Assembly: GCA_964215915.1 (NCBI GenBank)
Contig: CAXPEB010000047.1
Span: 29,835-93,834 of the forward strand
DNA from: Bacteroidia bacterium
GTDB lineage: Bacteria > Bacteroidota > Bacteroidia > UBA8524
Reading direction: 5' to 3'
Length of the DNA: 64,000 nt
The notes below the pieces were generated by a model. The model was not told the origin of the DNA. It searched no databases and saw nothing but the letters and a program-made list of their open reading frames with translations. Positions 1 to 9,793 of the stretch are shown one piece after another. Position numbers and translations under genes: made by a program. Numbering within the stretch: the stretch's first letter is position 1; each line of letters opens with the position of its first letter.

Positions 1-309
1 CCAGAACGTGCATACACGAACTACCAAGCCATTGGGATTTATTCCGGCAAATCCAAGTTAACCGGTGACGAGGCATCTCCCTCCACCCAGTTCACGGGTT
101 GGCAAATTGTGCTAAAAGTAAAAAATGAGGATTCCGCTAAACCCAGGTACTGTTCCACACTGAAAACTCAACCTTCGTTTCCTGCCGACACCCATATTTA
201 CTGCCAAGTGTTGTAAACATGATGCAGTTGGGCACTTATGATTCACCACTCTGCATTATTTATTCTGTAATAATGCGTATTTTTCGCATCAAACCTCAGC
301 TCTCATTCA

Positions 310-3300
310 ATGAACCCATTTTGTTTTCTGTCCATTATGCTTAGAAACACCCTGTCCAGCTGTGTTAGTCTGGTAATATTATTCGGCTTAACCCCTACCA
401 AGGCTCAAGAACCCTCATACTCGCCACTTACCCATTACATTCAAGAGAATCTTGGTCAGGTTAAGGATCAACACGGTAACCCGCGTCCGGATGTTTTCGT
501 CATCGGAACAGCTGGCCAATTGGGCTTTCATTTGCGGAAATGTGGCATGAGCTATCAGCTTTATCATCAGGGGACTGGCTCAAACGACAAGCCTGAGCAA
601 ATAGACAACGCTTCAAATAATTTGACCATATATCGGTTGGATATGAATTGGCTGAACTGCCAGGGCATGAACCAATTCAAACTGTCAGATGAAAACCCAG
701 GGTATTCCAACTACTACAATGTAGCTCGGGGCATGGAGCCGGCTTTATTTGTTAGAGACTACCGAAAACTGATAGCAAAAAACATTTGGCCTGGTGTGGA
801 TCTTCACCTCAGTGTTCAAGATGAGCAAGTGGAAACCGATTGGTACTTGGAAAAAGCGGCAGATCTCTATCACATTCAAATTGAGATTAAGGGAGCTGAA
901 ATCAGCATAGAAGACGGATGCCTGATCATGAAAACTCCATTTGGAGAAATCAGGGAAGGAAAGCTCAAAGTGCTGCAGGGAAACAAACAACTTAAAGCGC
1001 ATTGGATGCTCAACAATAACATTATTAGTTTTGAGGTAGAAGGCGCTAATCCGGAGCTTCCTCTCATTATTGACCCTCCCACTAGAATATGGAGCAGCTA
1101 TTATGGTGGGACAGGAGAAGAAAAAATAAGCGGCTCCGTAGTCGATAAGAACGAAAACCTGATTGTCGGCGGAAATGCAAATTCGCTGAACCTCACCACG
1201 TACGGAATCCACCAACGCAACTTCGGAGGTGGAGCAAGCGGTTTATTTGTTGGGGATGGATTGGTTGCCAAGTTCAATGATAAAGGCATTCGGATCTGGG
1301 CGACTTATTACGGTGGTAATCAGCCGGATAATGTTTTTTCCGTCACCACAGATTCTTCCGATAACATCTATTTTGTTGGCCGAACCAGATCAGATACGGG
1401 AATCGCTTCCCATGGCGGTCACCAAACCACTTATGGCGGTTGGCTATATGATGGATTCATAGTGAAACTAAATACGAATGGAATTCGGCAGTGGAGCAGC
1501 TACATCGGCGGTTCCAGTAGTGATCAATCCTATTCTTGCGCAATTGATCCGGATCAAAATGTATATATCACAGGCTATTCATATTCCAATACTCAAATTG
1601 CAACACCCGGGGCCTGGCAATATGATGTTGGAGCTATTGGAAGTGATGCATTCCTGATGAAATTCACCCCCGGAGGCACCAAAATCTGGGGAACTTATTT
1701 GGGTGGATCAGGAATGGATCAGGCATACGGATGTACCACAGACGATTCCGGTCACGTATATCTTTGCGGATATGCAGATTGTATCTCGACAATGGGATAC
1801 AATAGCTCACATCAGGACACGAATGCCGGTGGATTTGATGCCTTTCTTTCCAAGTTTGATAGCAGTGGAGCTTTATTATGGAGTACTTATTACGGCGGCG
1901 AAGCAGAAGACATCGCTTATTCTTGTAAAATCGGCAAGGAGGGTAATATTTACTTTGTAGGCACTACCCTGAGTGACTCAAATATTGCTTCTTCCGGGGC
2001 TTTTCAAAACAGGCGGGCAGGAGACCAGGACTTGTTTATTGCTAAATTCGATCCGGGTGGACAATGGTTATGGGGAAGCTACTTCGGTGGCAACGCAGAC
2101 GAAATAACCGACTTCAACAGTCTCACTTTGGACCGGCAGGGGAATATATACTTCACAGGAGGTTCTTTATCAATTACTGGCATTGCCTCCTCCGGAGCGT
2201 ATCAAATGAACAACTCAGGAATAAATGATGCATTTCTGGTAAAATTCACCCGCCAGGGTACACGCGTGTGGTCAACCTATTACGGTGGCAACGGTAATGA
2301 CCTCGGTGGAGCCCTCTGTACAACCAGTGAAGATGAATTGTACATGACCGGAAGTTCATCGACCCAGTCTGGACTCGCAACACCTGGCACCCTGCAATAT
2401 TTAAATGGAGGAGGAACGGATGGATTACTCACAAAATTCCGTGTGATTGAATCCAATACAATTTCCCAAGATCAATTTGTATGTTCCGGAAATGAAGCCC
2501 ATAACTTATTCGGGCCTTCATACTCCAATGCCGGTTTTACCTATCGGTGGCTAAAATCTGTTACCGATTCTCTCTCTGGTTTTTATGCAGCTGGAGGGAA
2601 CGACTCATCTTCAACATATAGCCCCGGAGTAATTATCCAAAAAACCTGGTACAAAAGGGTGCTGTCGCAGCATAGCATCCACGATACCTCGAATGTAGTG
2701 CTGCTCCAACCTGCAACGTTTCCAACTGCACATGCTTTGTTATTGGACGACAGCCTTTGTTTTGGCGACTCTTTAAGAATCTTTGATCTTAGCAATTTTA
2801 ACGGAGATAGTGCCTTAAGCTTAAATTGGTTTTGGCATGATACCCTGCTTGGCTCTGGTGACACATTTTCCTTCCTCCCTGCGACCGTTGGCATTGATAG
2901 TATTCAACTCATCGTAACCAGTAATAAAGGGTGTGCCGATACGACCTCATTCTCGTATCACCTTTTTAGGATTGACCATCGCAAGGTCCTACAGTCAGAT
3001 TCAGGCGCACTATGCCCCGGAGATTATCGACTGTTATATTCAACCATAGACCCCGGCTTAACTTTTGACTGGATTCACAATGGACAAAGCATTAAGCAAG
3101 GTATCGATAGCTCCATTCTCGTAAATGATACCGGATCCTATTGGATTAACATTTCCTCACAGGAAGGGTGTTATGCACTCAGTGACACCTTGAATCTGGT
3201 TTATGCGGAACTGCCTGAATTGACACTGCACTCAGATGAGAGTTCTCTTTGTCAAAACACCTGGATTTATGTCACTGACACCACACAGAGTAGCCCTGCC

Positions 3301-4191
3301 TATCAAAGAAAATGGTGGCTGGACGGACAATTACATGGTTCCACAAAATCCATTCATCTCCAACTTACGGACACGGGTGAGCACTGGTTCGTGTTAAGAG
3401 CAGAAACAGCAACTGGGTGTTCGGTGTCTGACTCTCTGTCTGTTATGGTGATATCAAACCCGCAGATCATGGGTCTTAATGGCGTCGTTACGAATACCAG
3501 AATCGATTCATCCTACTTATATACTTCCCTGGCCCAAACTGCGCAAACCTATATCTGGACGCTTAACGAAGGACACTTGATTTCCGGACAAGGAACGAAT
3601 CAGGCAACTATCAATTGGAACGACACAACCAAAGGAGGAATCTCTCTTTTGGTAACTTCCCAAGAAGGTTGTATGGATAGTACACACTATGCTGTGACTA
3701 TGGATTTGGCACCGGCAATCTATCAATTCAGCCCGCAAAACGGAAAACAGGGGGATACGATCAGCGTAGAGGGAGTGAATTTTACCCGCACCACTTTTGT
3801 TTCTGTTGGCGGCGTCATGACTCAATCCTATCAGATTCAAGACCATCGCCATCTTACCGCTATTTTGGGAACCGGAGATGATGGAAAGGTTCGTGTAGAA
3901 ACCCCATATGGAAATGCTGAATTAGGCACCTTTAACTTCCAGGGAGTTTCAGCACGCCCCATCCGGAAAGAGCAATTCCGTATTTATCCAAACCCCGTAT
4001 ACAATCACCTATACATTGAAAGGATAGGAAGTCAACAAAGCATATTCTTTGAGTTGTATGATGCAAATGGACGGCTAATTAAATCAGGGGAACACTCAGA
4101 GGGCATGGTTGCTTTAGACACAGAAGAATTATCTGCGGGGTTATATTTCTTATATATTGAAGGGCAAAGGTTTACGGTTGAGAAATATTAG
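310..4191 (+). CDS. Large secreted cell-surface protein: SBBP-type beta-propeller repeats, IPT/TIG-like domain and type-A T9SS C-terminal sorting domain
   Basis: 1293-aa ORF. The true start is probably ATG 337 (MLRNTLSS..., signal peptide ending TKAQ). More than 12 tandem ~50-aa repeats have a W.(S/T)YYGG ... D ... GN.Y..G core. The C-terminus FRIYPNPVYNHLYIE...GLYFLYIEG fits the T9SS CTD pattern. Confidence 0.8.
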   Translation: MNPFCFLSIMLRNTLSSCVSLVILFGLTPTKAQEPSYSPLTHYIQENLGQVKDQHGNPRPDVFVIGTAGQLGFHLRKCGMSYQLYHQGTGSNDKPEQIDNASNNLTIYRLDMNWLNCQGMNQFKLSDENPGYSNYYNVARGMEPALFVRDYRKLIAKNIWPGVDLHLSVQDEQVETDWYLEKAADLYHIQIEIKGAEISIEDGCLIMKTPFGEIREGKLKVLQGNKQLKAHWMLNNNIISFEVEGANPELPLIIDPPTRIWSSYYGGTGEEKISGSVVDKNENLIVGGNANSLNLTTYGIHQRNFGGGASGLFVGDGLVAKFNDKGIRIWATYYGGNQPDNVFSVTTDSSDNIYFVGRTRSDTGIASHGGHQTTYGGWLYDGFIVKLNTNGIRQWSSYIGGSSSDQSYSCAIDPDQNVYITGYSYSNTQIATPGAWQYDVGAIGSDAFLMKFTPGGTKIWGTYLGGSGMDQAYGCTTDDSGHVYLCGYADCISTMGYNSSHQDTNAGGFDAFLSKFDSSGALLWSTYYGGEAEDIAYSCKIGKEGNIYFVGTTLSDSNIASSGAFQNRRAGDQDLFIAKFDPGGQWLWGSYFGGNADEITDFNSLTLDRQGNIYFTGGSLSITGIASSGAYQMNNSGINDAFLVKFTRQGTRVWSTYYGGNGNDLGGALCTTSEDELYMTGSSSTQSGLATPGTLQYLNGGGTDGLLTKFRVIESNTISQDQFVCSGNEAHNLFGPSYSNAGFTYRWLKSVTDSLSGFYAAGGNDSSSTYSPGVIIQKTWYKRVLSQHSIHDTSNVVLLQPATFPTAHALLLDDSLCFGDSLRIFDLSNFNGDSALSLNWFWHDTLLGSGDTFSFLPATVGIDSIQLIVTSNKGCADTTSFSYHLFRIDHRKVLQSDSGALCPGDYRLLYSTIDPGLTFDWIHNGQSIKQGIDSSILVNDTGSYWINISSQEGCYALSDTLNLVYAELPELTLHSDESSLCQNTWIYVTDTTQSSPAYQRKWWLDGQLHGSTKSIHLQLTDTGEHWFVLRAETATGCSVSDSLSVMVISNPQIMGLNGVVTNTRIDSSYLYTSLAQTAQTYIWTLNEGHLISGQGTNQATINWNDTTKGGISLLVTSQEGCMDSTHYAVTMDLAPAIYQFSPQNGKQGDTISVEGVNFTRTTFVSVGGVMTQSYQIQDHRHLTAILGTGDDGKVRVETPYGNAELGTFNFQGVSARPIRKEQFRIYPNPVYNHLYIERIGSQQSIFFELYDANGRLIKSGEHSEGMVALDTEELSAGLYFLYIEGQRFTVEKY

Positions 4192-4247
4192 TTTTCTTTC
4201 CTCACCCCTCTATACCCCCATTCCCTCACCCGCTTTCACCAAACACA

Positions 4248-5228
4248 CTACCTGATGGAAACAGCGACATTGCCAACCTTGTGTCCCAGTTCCACATATT
4301 TATGGGCTTCCCTGATGTTTTCCAGCGGATAGGTCCTGTCAATGACAGGCTTGAAATCACCCTTTTCCGCAATCCCTTTCAAAAAATCCAGGTCTTCCTT
4401 CTTCCAATGGAAATTGGAGGAGGCTACAATAACTTTTCGATCTTTAAAAAGAGACGAAAAAACCGCAGCCAGAATATGGGAAAACCCGAAATCCGTGCGC
4501 AGGTATTTCCCTTTTGGTTTAAGCAAATGCATACAGACTTTCATGGACGTTTTGCCAACCGTGTCAAAAATCAGGTCGTACTTTTTATCCTCCCGGGTAA
4601 AATCCTGTCGGGTGTAATCCATCACTCTGTCTGCTCCTATCAACTTGATCCTTTCCATATTCCGCGTACTGCAAACTCCTGTGACTCTAGCCCCGAAATA
4701 TTTCGCCAATTGAACCGCTGCAGAACCTACCGAACCAGATGCCCCGTATATCAATACCTCGTGCCCGTTTTTGATTTTACCCTTTTTCTTCAGGTAAACC
4801 AATGCAGAAAGGGACCCGTTGACCATACAAGCGGATTCTTCAAAAGATAGGTTTTCCGGTTTAACGTGAATCAACCCATTCTCCGGAATACACTTGTACT
4901 CGGCATAGGCACCAAAACTTAGTCCCGTATATCCGAATACCTGATCACCGGCTTTGTACCGTTTAACCGTCGGTCCAACCGCTTCAATGGTCCCGGAGAA
5001 CTCCATGCCCAATACCTGATTTTTCGGTTTCTTGAATCCAAACATCAACCCCACCGGCAGTTTTAATAGGGGTGGATGATTGAATCCCCGCATCCTGGGA
5101 TCCTCTGCGGTTACTGAAGTGGCTTGTATTCTAACCAGCACCTCATTGCTTTTGGGAGCCGGTTTTTCAATTTTGGCTATCTGCAGTACTTCTGGGTTGC
5201 CATACCGACTGAATACCGCGGCTTTCAT
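4248..5228 (-). CDS. Zinc-type alcohol dehydrogenase / NADPH:quinone oxidoreductase (MDR superfamily)
   Basis: ORF 4248..5246. The likely start is the internal Met MKAAVF at 5228. The Rossmann motif GASGSVGSAAVQLAKYFGARV and overall MDR/GroES-like layout are present. Confidence 0.8.
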   Translation of the reverse strand: MKAAVFSRYGNPEVLQIAKIEKPAPKSNEVLVRIQATSVTAEDPRMRGFNHPPLLKLPVGLMFGFKKPKNQVLGMEFSGTIEAVGPTVKRYKAGDQVFGYTGLSFGAYAEYKCIPENGLIHVKPENLSFEESACMVNGSLSALVYLKKKGKIKNGHEVLIYGASGSVGSAAVQLAKYFGARVTGVCSTRNMERIKLIGADRVMDYTRQDFTREDKKYDLIFDTVGKTSMKVCMHLLKPKGKYLRTDFGFSHILAAVFSSLFKDRKVIVASSNFHWKKEDLDFLKGIAEKGDFKPVIDRTYPLENIREAHKYVELGHKVGNVAVSIR

Positions 5229-5308
5229 AAGTGTATTCACTATCAATAATCCTTTTCAGGCAAAGTAATAGCACTACCCAAAGCGGAAATTTGATGCAGG
5301 TCAAATAA

Positions 5309-5884
5309 TCACCCCGATGCTAGTTTAGACCTGATCCGGGAAAGCGTTTCCAGAGAGACATTCAGATATGAGGCTATGAGGGTTACAGGCAACTGCTGCA
5401 CTATTCTGGGATCTTTTTTAAGCAGACTCAAATACCGCTGGGAAGCATCCATGGTCTGAAACTCTCTCAGCCTTTGCTCAAACCAGGTAGCATAGTATTC
5501 GATAAACATTTTGTCCAGCATCATTACCTCGGGATACTTCTCTTTCACTTTATGAAAGCGACTGTAGTCAATGATCGTTACTTCCAGGTCAGTCAGGGCT
5601 TCGATGTAAACATCTGCCGGTTTTCTCATGATATAGCTATCCAGTGACACCGCCACATCATCGTGGAAGTACACTTCGGTGGTTATTTCTTTCTCATTAT
5701 GTTCATAGAACTTTCTGGCAACACCGTCTTTAATCAACAGATGCGCCATACAGACTTGTCCGGGCCGAAGCAGATACACCCCCTTGGCAAATTGCTTATT
5801 GACAAACCCTCCTTCTAATTCAGCATGGATATCAGGATTTAGGTTATTGGATAAGTCTTTGATTCTCTTTATGTATGGATTCAT
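5309..5884 (-). CDS. Crp/Fnr family transcriptional regulator
   Basis: 191 aa with an N-terminal cNMP-binding-like beta-roll and a C-terminal HTH (LPVTLIASYLNVSLETLSRIRSKL). Confidence 0.8.
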   Translation of the reverse strand: MNPYIKRIKDLSNNLNPDIHAELEGGFVNKQFAKGVYLLRPGQVCMAHLLIKDGVARKFYEHNEKEITTEVYFHDDVAVSLDSYIMRKPADVYIEALTDLEVTIIDYSRFHKVKEKYPEVMMLDKMFIEYYATWFEQRLREFQTMDASQRYLSLLKKDPRIVQQLPVTLIASYLNVSLETLSRIRSKLASG

Positions 5885-6063
5885 GATTTACTCAACCCGT
5901 TTCGGTCAGAAGTGAATATAGGCTTATCGCTCCTAACGGAGCGAACGAATAAGCAGTTTGTAAGGGCCTGGCAAAGAATGAACGTGGAAGACGCATCGCC
6001 TATGAGTCTTGATATTTGGCATATTGGGTCTGCGAAAAACAATTAGCCATATACGCCTGAAGA

Positions 6064-7533
6064 TTATTTATAGAATTCATAAAAGCGGTTATTGAAAATC
6101 TCTTCCGGATCATATTTCCTTTTAAACATAAAAAACGAATCTGCCTGGGGGTAGGCCAGCCGCATCTTTTCCGACGAAACATGCAACCGGTAGGGAAGGT
6201 AGAAACTGCCCTCCAGGGATAGAGCCACATCAGTCAGAGCCATGGCAAGTTTCTTCATATCTTCCTCGGCCTCCGCGGTCTTTTTCTGATTGAATAAATA
6301 TACAAAGGCAAATACGGGCTCCCGGGCATAATTGAGATAGCTATCATGATCGGCCTGAACACCCCGGATGGTAATATTCAACAAGTCAATCGGGGAATCT
6401 TTCAGAATCGGTTTGACCGCATCCAGATAGGCATTGAAGTTTTTCAGGGGAATAAAATACTCCTGCAAGATATCGGTGCTGTTACTATCTCTGTTCTCAA
6501 TCATTTCAACCGGATCATTGAGCAATTCATTTCTTGAGAACACCTTGCCACTCGTAACCTTGTTCATGCCCCGTTCCAGATCCCAGCGTAACCGTTTCCC
6601 ATATTCGCTGTCCACGCTGCCGCGAAACACCAGTCGCGTCGATTCCAAACTCCTTTTTTCCCTGTCAGTCATTGGTGTCAGTTGTGAGGCACTGCGAACA
6701 AAATAGTTAAGGGTCGCTTCTTCCAAAAAGTGCTTTTCTGAAATTCGGAGCCGACCAAAGACCAGTTCCACATCGGGATTGTCTGCAATTAGTGCTGCAT
6801 AGGTCTCTACGTACTTAGAAGGAGAAAGTGAAGTACTTTTGTATTCCAGAGCAGCATTGTCTACTACCTGGAGTTCCACATCGAGTATGACGCCAAAAAG
6901 GCCATAGCCACCTAAAACCAACCGGAAGAGTTCGGTATTTTCCTCTCTGCTACAATGCACAATGCGGCCATCTGCCTGCATTAAGCTAAAACCCATAATG
7001 CTTGAGGCAAGTGGTGGCAGGTCCTTTTGCCAACCATGTCCGTTCACGCTAACTGAACCACCGACAGAAAATGAGCTGAAAGCCTGCATGATCGCAATTG
7101 ACTTTCCATACCCATCAAGAAAATACAAAGCATCTTCCCACAGAGCCCCGGAACCGATGACCAAGATATTCTTTGAAGTATCCAGATGCATTTCCTTGTA
7201 TGGAAGCATGTCCACTACGATCCCTCCCGGGTATACGGTATGACCGCCCATACTGTGCCTTGCCCCTGAAAGGGATACCTTCAAGCCCTTTTCCCGGGCA
7301 TAGTGCAAAATCGATCTAAGTTGAAAAATCAGTGCCTCCTTTCCCTGAGCGGCAGGGATCAAGGTATCGATAGGTGTCAGGTCTAAACCGCTGGCATCAC
7401 TTATATACCCTCTGGGCGAATCATGTCCCGGTCCTGTTTCTTTCCATTTGGTAAATAGCAAATGTCTGAATGGTATGGCAACGGCGATGAACATCAAAAA
7501 GATCAGGAGAAGCCAAAAATGTTTTCGTTTCAT
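6064..7533 (-). CDS. FAD-linked oxidoreductase (PCMH-type FAD-binding domain, lactone/alditol oxidase-like)
   Basis: 489 aa. It has an N-terminal TM/signal segment, an FAD-binding signature SGARHSMGGH and a C-terminal oxidase-like domain. Confidence 0.7.
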   Translation of the reverse strand: MKRKHFWLLLIFLMFIAVAIPFRHLLFTKWKETGPGHDSPRGYISDASGLDLTPIDTLIPAAQGKEALIFQLRSILHYAREKGLKVSLSGARHSMGGHTVYPGGIVVDMLPYKEMHLDTSKNILVIGSGALWEDALYFLDGYGKSIAIMQAFSSFSVGGSVSVNGHGWQKDLPPLASSIMGFSLMQADGRIVHCSREENTELFRLVLGGYGLFGVILDVELQVVDNAALEYKSTSLSPSKYVETYAALIADNPDVELVFGRLRISEKHFLEEATLNYFVRSASQLTPMTDREKRSLESTRLVFRGSVDSEYGKRLRWDLERGMNKVTSGKVFSRNELLNDPVEMIENRDSNSTDILQEYFIPLKNFNAYLDAVKPILKDSPIDLLNITIRGVQADHDSYLNYAREPVFAFVYLFNQKKTAEAEEDMKKLAMALTDVALSLEGSFYLPYRLHVSSEKMRLAYPQADSFFMFKRKYDPEEIFNNRFYEFYK

Positions 7534-7670
7534 ACAGAACTAATGGCAAGAAAACACAATAATTAGCAAAGCTACCCCTACGGATAAAAGAATACTCCTT
7601 TGCATGATCAACCAGTGAACGATTCAATGCCTATACCCGAAAACCAGACGATCCCCAAACACCACCCGCC

Positions 7671-8435
7671 TCAATTCCAGATTCCGTTGGCTTCCGTTAA
7701 AATGACCGGAACATCGTCCGTTACCAGGATGGTATGCTCGTGCTGCGTAACGTAGCCTCCCCTGTTTCCCACCAGGGTCCAGCCGTCAGGCTGTTCCACG
7801 GCTATCGTCGAGTTTGTGGAGATGAAGGTTTCAATCGCAACAGTAGTATTCTTCCTAAACCGCTCCCTGTTGGTTCTGACTCCGTAGTTCAGGATATTCT
7901 CAGGTCCTTCATGCAGGCTTCTGCCCACTCCATGACCTGCCAGGTTCTTAATCACCCGGAATCCGGATTTTTTCGCCTCACTCTCTATCAACTGGCCGAT
8001 CTCCGAAATCCTGACTCCTCCTTTTATCCGGTGAATCGCCTTGTGCAGAATTTGCCTAGATGCTTCAACCAGCGGCTGATGATTGTGAATGTCTTTGCCC
8101 AGGACAAAAGAACCTCCGTTGTCCGCCCAAAAACCGTCCAACTCGGCAGAAACATCAATATTCACCAGATCGCCTTCTTTCAATATTTTTTTCACGGAGG
8201 GAATTCCATGAGCCGCCTCCTCATTCACACTTATACACGAATAACCCGGGAATCCATAAGTCATATATGGCGCTGACCGCGCTCCATACTTTTTCAGAAT
8301 ACTTCCTCCGTACTCATCCAGCTCCTTGGTGGACATCCCTACCTCCGCATATTCTCTCATCAGCCGAAGCGTCATGCCCACTACTTCGCTGATCCTTTTC
8401 ATCCCGATTAGCTCGGATTCATTTGTTATTGACAT
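7671..8435 (-). CDS. map: Methionine aminopeptidase type I
   Basis: ORF 7671..8519. The likely start is the internal Met at 8435 (MSITNESELIGMKRISEVVG), giving ~255 aa. M24 signatures are present: metal ligands in the order D..D..H..E..E, and GHGVGRSLHEGP. Confidence 0.8.
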   Translation of the reverse strand: MSITNESELIGMKRISEVVGMTLRLMREYAEVGMSTKELDEYGGSILKKYGARSAPYMTYGFPGYSCISVNEEAAHGIPSVKKILKEGDLVNIDVSAELDGFWADNGGSFVLGKDIHNHQPLVEASRQILHKAIHRIKGGVRISEIGQLIESEAKKSGFRVIKNLAGHGVGRSLHEGPENILNYGVRTNRERFRKNTTVAIETFISTNSTIAVEQPDGWTLVGNRGGYVTQHEHTILVTDDVPVILTEANGIWN

Positions 8436-8628
8436 CTCTCTTAATCTATCAGGTATACTTTGAAAAATTGCAGAAGGCTGCAAATGTTTTTTTGTTGGGG
8501 CCAATTTGAGCATTTCCAAGTAAAGGACAAAGCCCTCTTATTCTACCAGATTTGGCAATAATAACCAGAAACAACTAGGCTTGATCCTACATTGTCATTA
8601 CTTTGATCACTGGTTTCCGCAGCTATCA

Positions 8629-9492
8629 TCATCCCCCGAATAGGGTATGCTTGCCTTCCGCCCCGATTCTTCTCACCCGGGTTTTATTCCGGTCGGAAAA
8701 TTCCATAATCCACAATGCCCCATCCGGAGTAACCAACCCACCGCAAGGAGACCACCCCTTCTCAGATTCATAGACTGTCGATACTGCACCACCCGGACTT
8801 ATCTTTTTAACCTTTCCAGCCCCGTAAACCGCTACATACAGGTTCTTTCTTCCATCCATCCATAACCCAAAGAGATAATGACGGTCAGCGACTCCCTCAA
8901 AGGGAGGTTTATCTTCTTTCAGGTTATCTGCCAACACACTTACCTCTCCCGAAGGGGTGATTTTTTTAATTTTCAGATGATCGACGGCATACAGGTTTCC
9001 ATCCGTGTTTGAAAAATACATCCAGCGGATATCCTTGAAGCGGTGCCTCGAAAACACGCTTACCGTACCATTCGGTGTTGTCTTTTTCAGCACTTCCTCC
9101 CCTCCCGATTTTGCCGTCCAGTATGAGTTGTTCGCCCCATCTCTGACCAGGGTGGTATTGTCCAGAAAGCCCTCGACATCGGGGATGGTCTTTTCGAACA
9201 TGCCGGTATTACTCAGGCACCAAACATAGTTTCCCCATTTATCGGTTGCTTCGCCTTCATACCACTCATGCTCCCCGTACAGATTATCCTCCTCATCCAG
9301 GTATAGTTCGTGGGTATGGACATCTTTTACCGCAATGGAACGCTGGCCATCCGGAGAAATCTTCCATACATGGGTTAAGTCCGTGTAGTATATATTCCCT
9401 TTGCTGTCCCTGACTATTCCAATCCCGGGATGTGCATCGGCGAAAGCAAAGCTTAAAAGGCTGCAAAAGCAGAGTACGATTATCCTGTTCAT
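8629..9492 (-). CDS. Hypothetical secreted protein, probably a beta-propeller fold
   Basis: 287 aa with a signal peptide (MNRIIVLCFCSLLSFAFA) and repeated G.IY/LY...D strand-like motifs. No specific family was recognised. Confidence 0.5.
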   Translation of the reverse strand: MNRIIVLCFCSLLSFAFADAHPGIGIVRDSKGNIYYTDLTHVWKISPDGQRSIAVKDVHTHELYLDEEDNLYGEHEWYEGEATDKWGNYVWCLSNTGMFEKTIPDVEGFLDNTTLVRDGANNSYWTAKSGGEEVLKKTTPNGTVSVFSRHRFKDIRWMYFSNTDGNLYAVDHLKIKKITPSGEVSVLADNLKEDKPPFEGVADRHYLFGLWMDGRKNLYVAVYGAGKVKKISPGGAVSTVYESEKGWSPCGGLVTPDGALWIMEFSDRNKTRVRRIGAEGKHTLFGG

Positions 9493-9793
9493 CTTCTCAA
9501 AGATTATTGACCGACAGTTCGTTGCCAGTGATTTGGCTTAAGAAAGCTAGCCAATAGCCCTGAACTCCTCCGGAATGTTCGTCTAAGGAGCCTTTTCTTC
9601 CGAATAGAGACCCTTCCGGACAGTTTCAGACACAAAAACCGAGGGCACAGTACACAGGAGTATTTCTCCCGGGAAAATCGTTCCCGGCACCAGCAAAACC
9701 CCAGAGGAGTTTGGCAAAATTCGAGGCGCGTTTAACAATATCCGGACGGTGGTTACCGGGAAGAAGCTTTACTTTGAGCCCTCGTAAAAACAC

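Noticed and set aside
4281-4850. 189-aa and 91-aa plus-strand ORFs overlapping the alcohol dehydrogenase gene
   Set aside because: They are antisense to a well-supported MDR dehydrogenase, with no family similarity.
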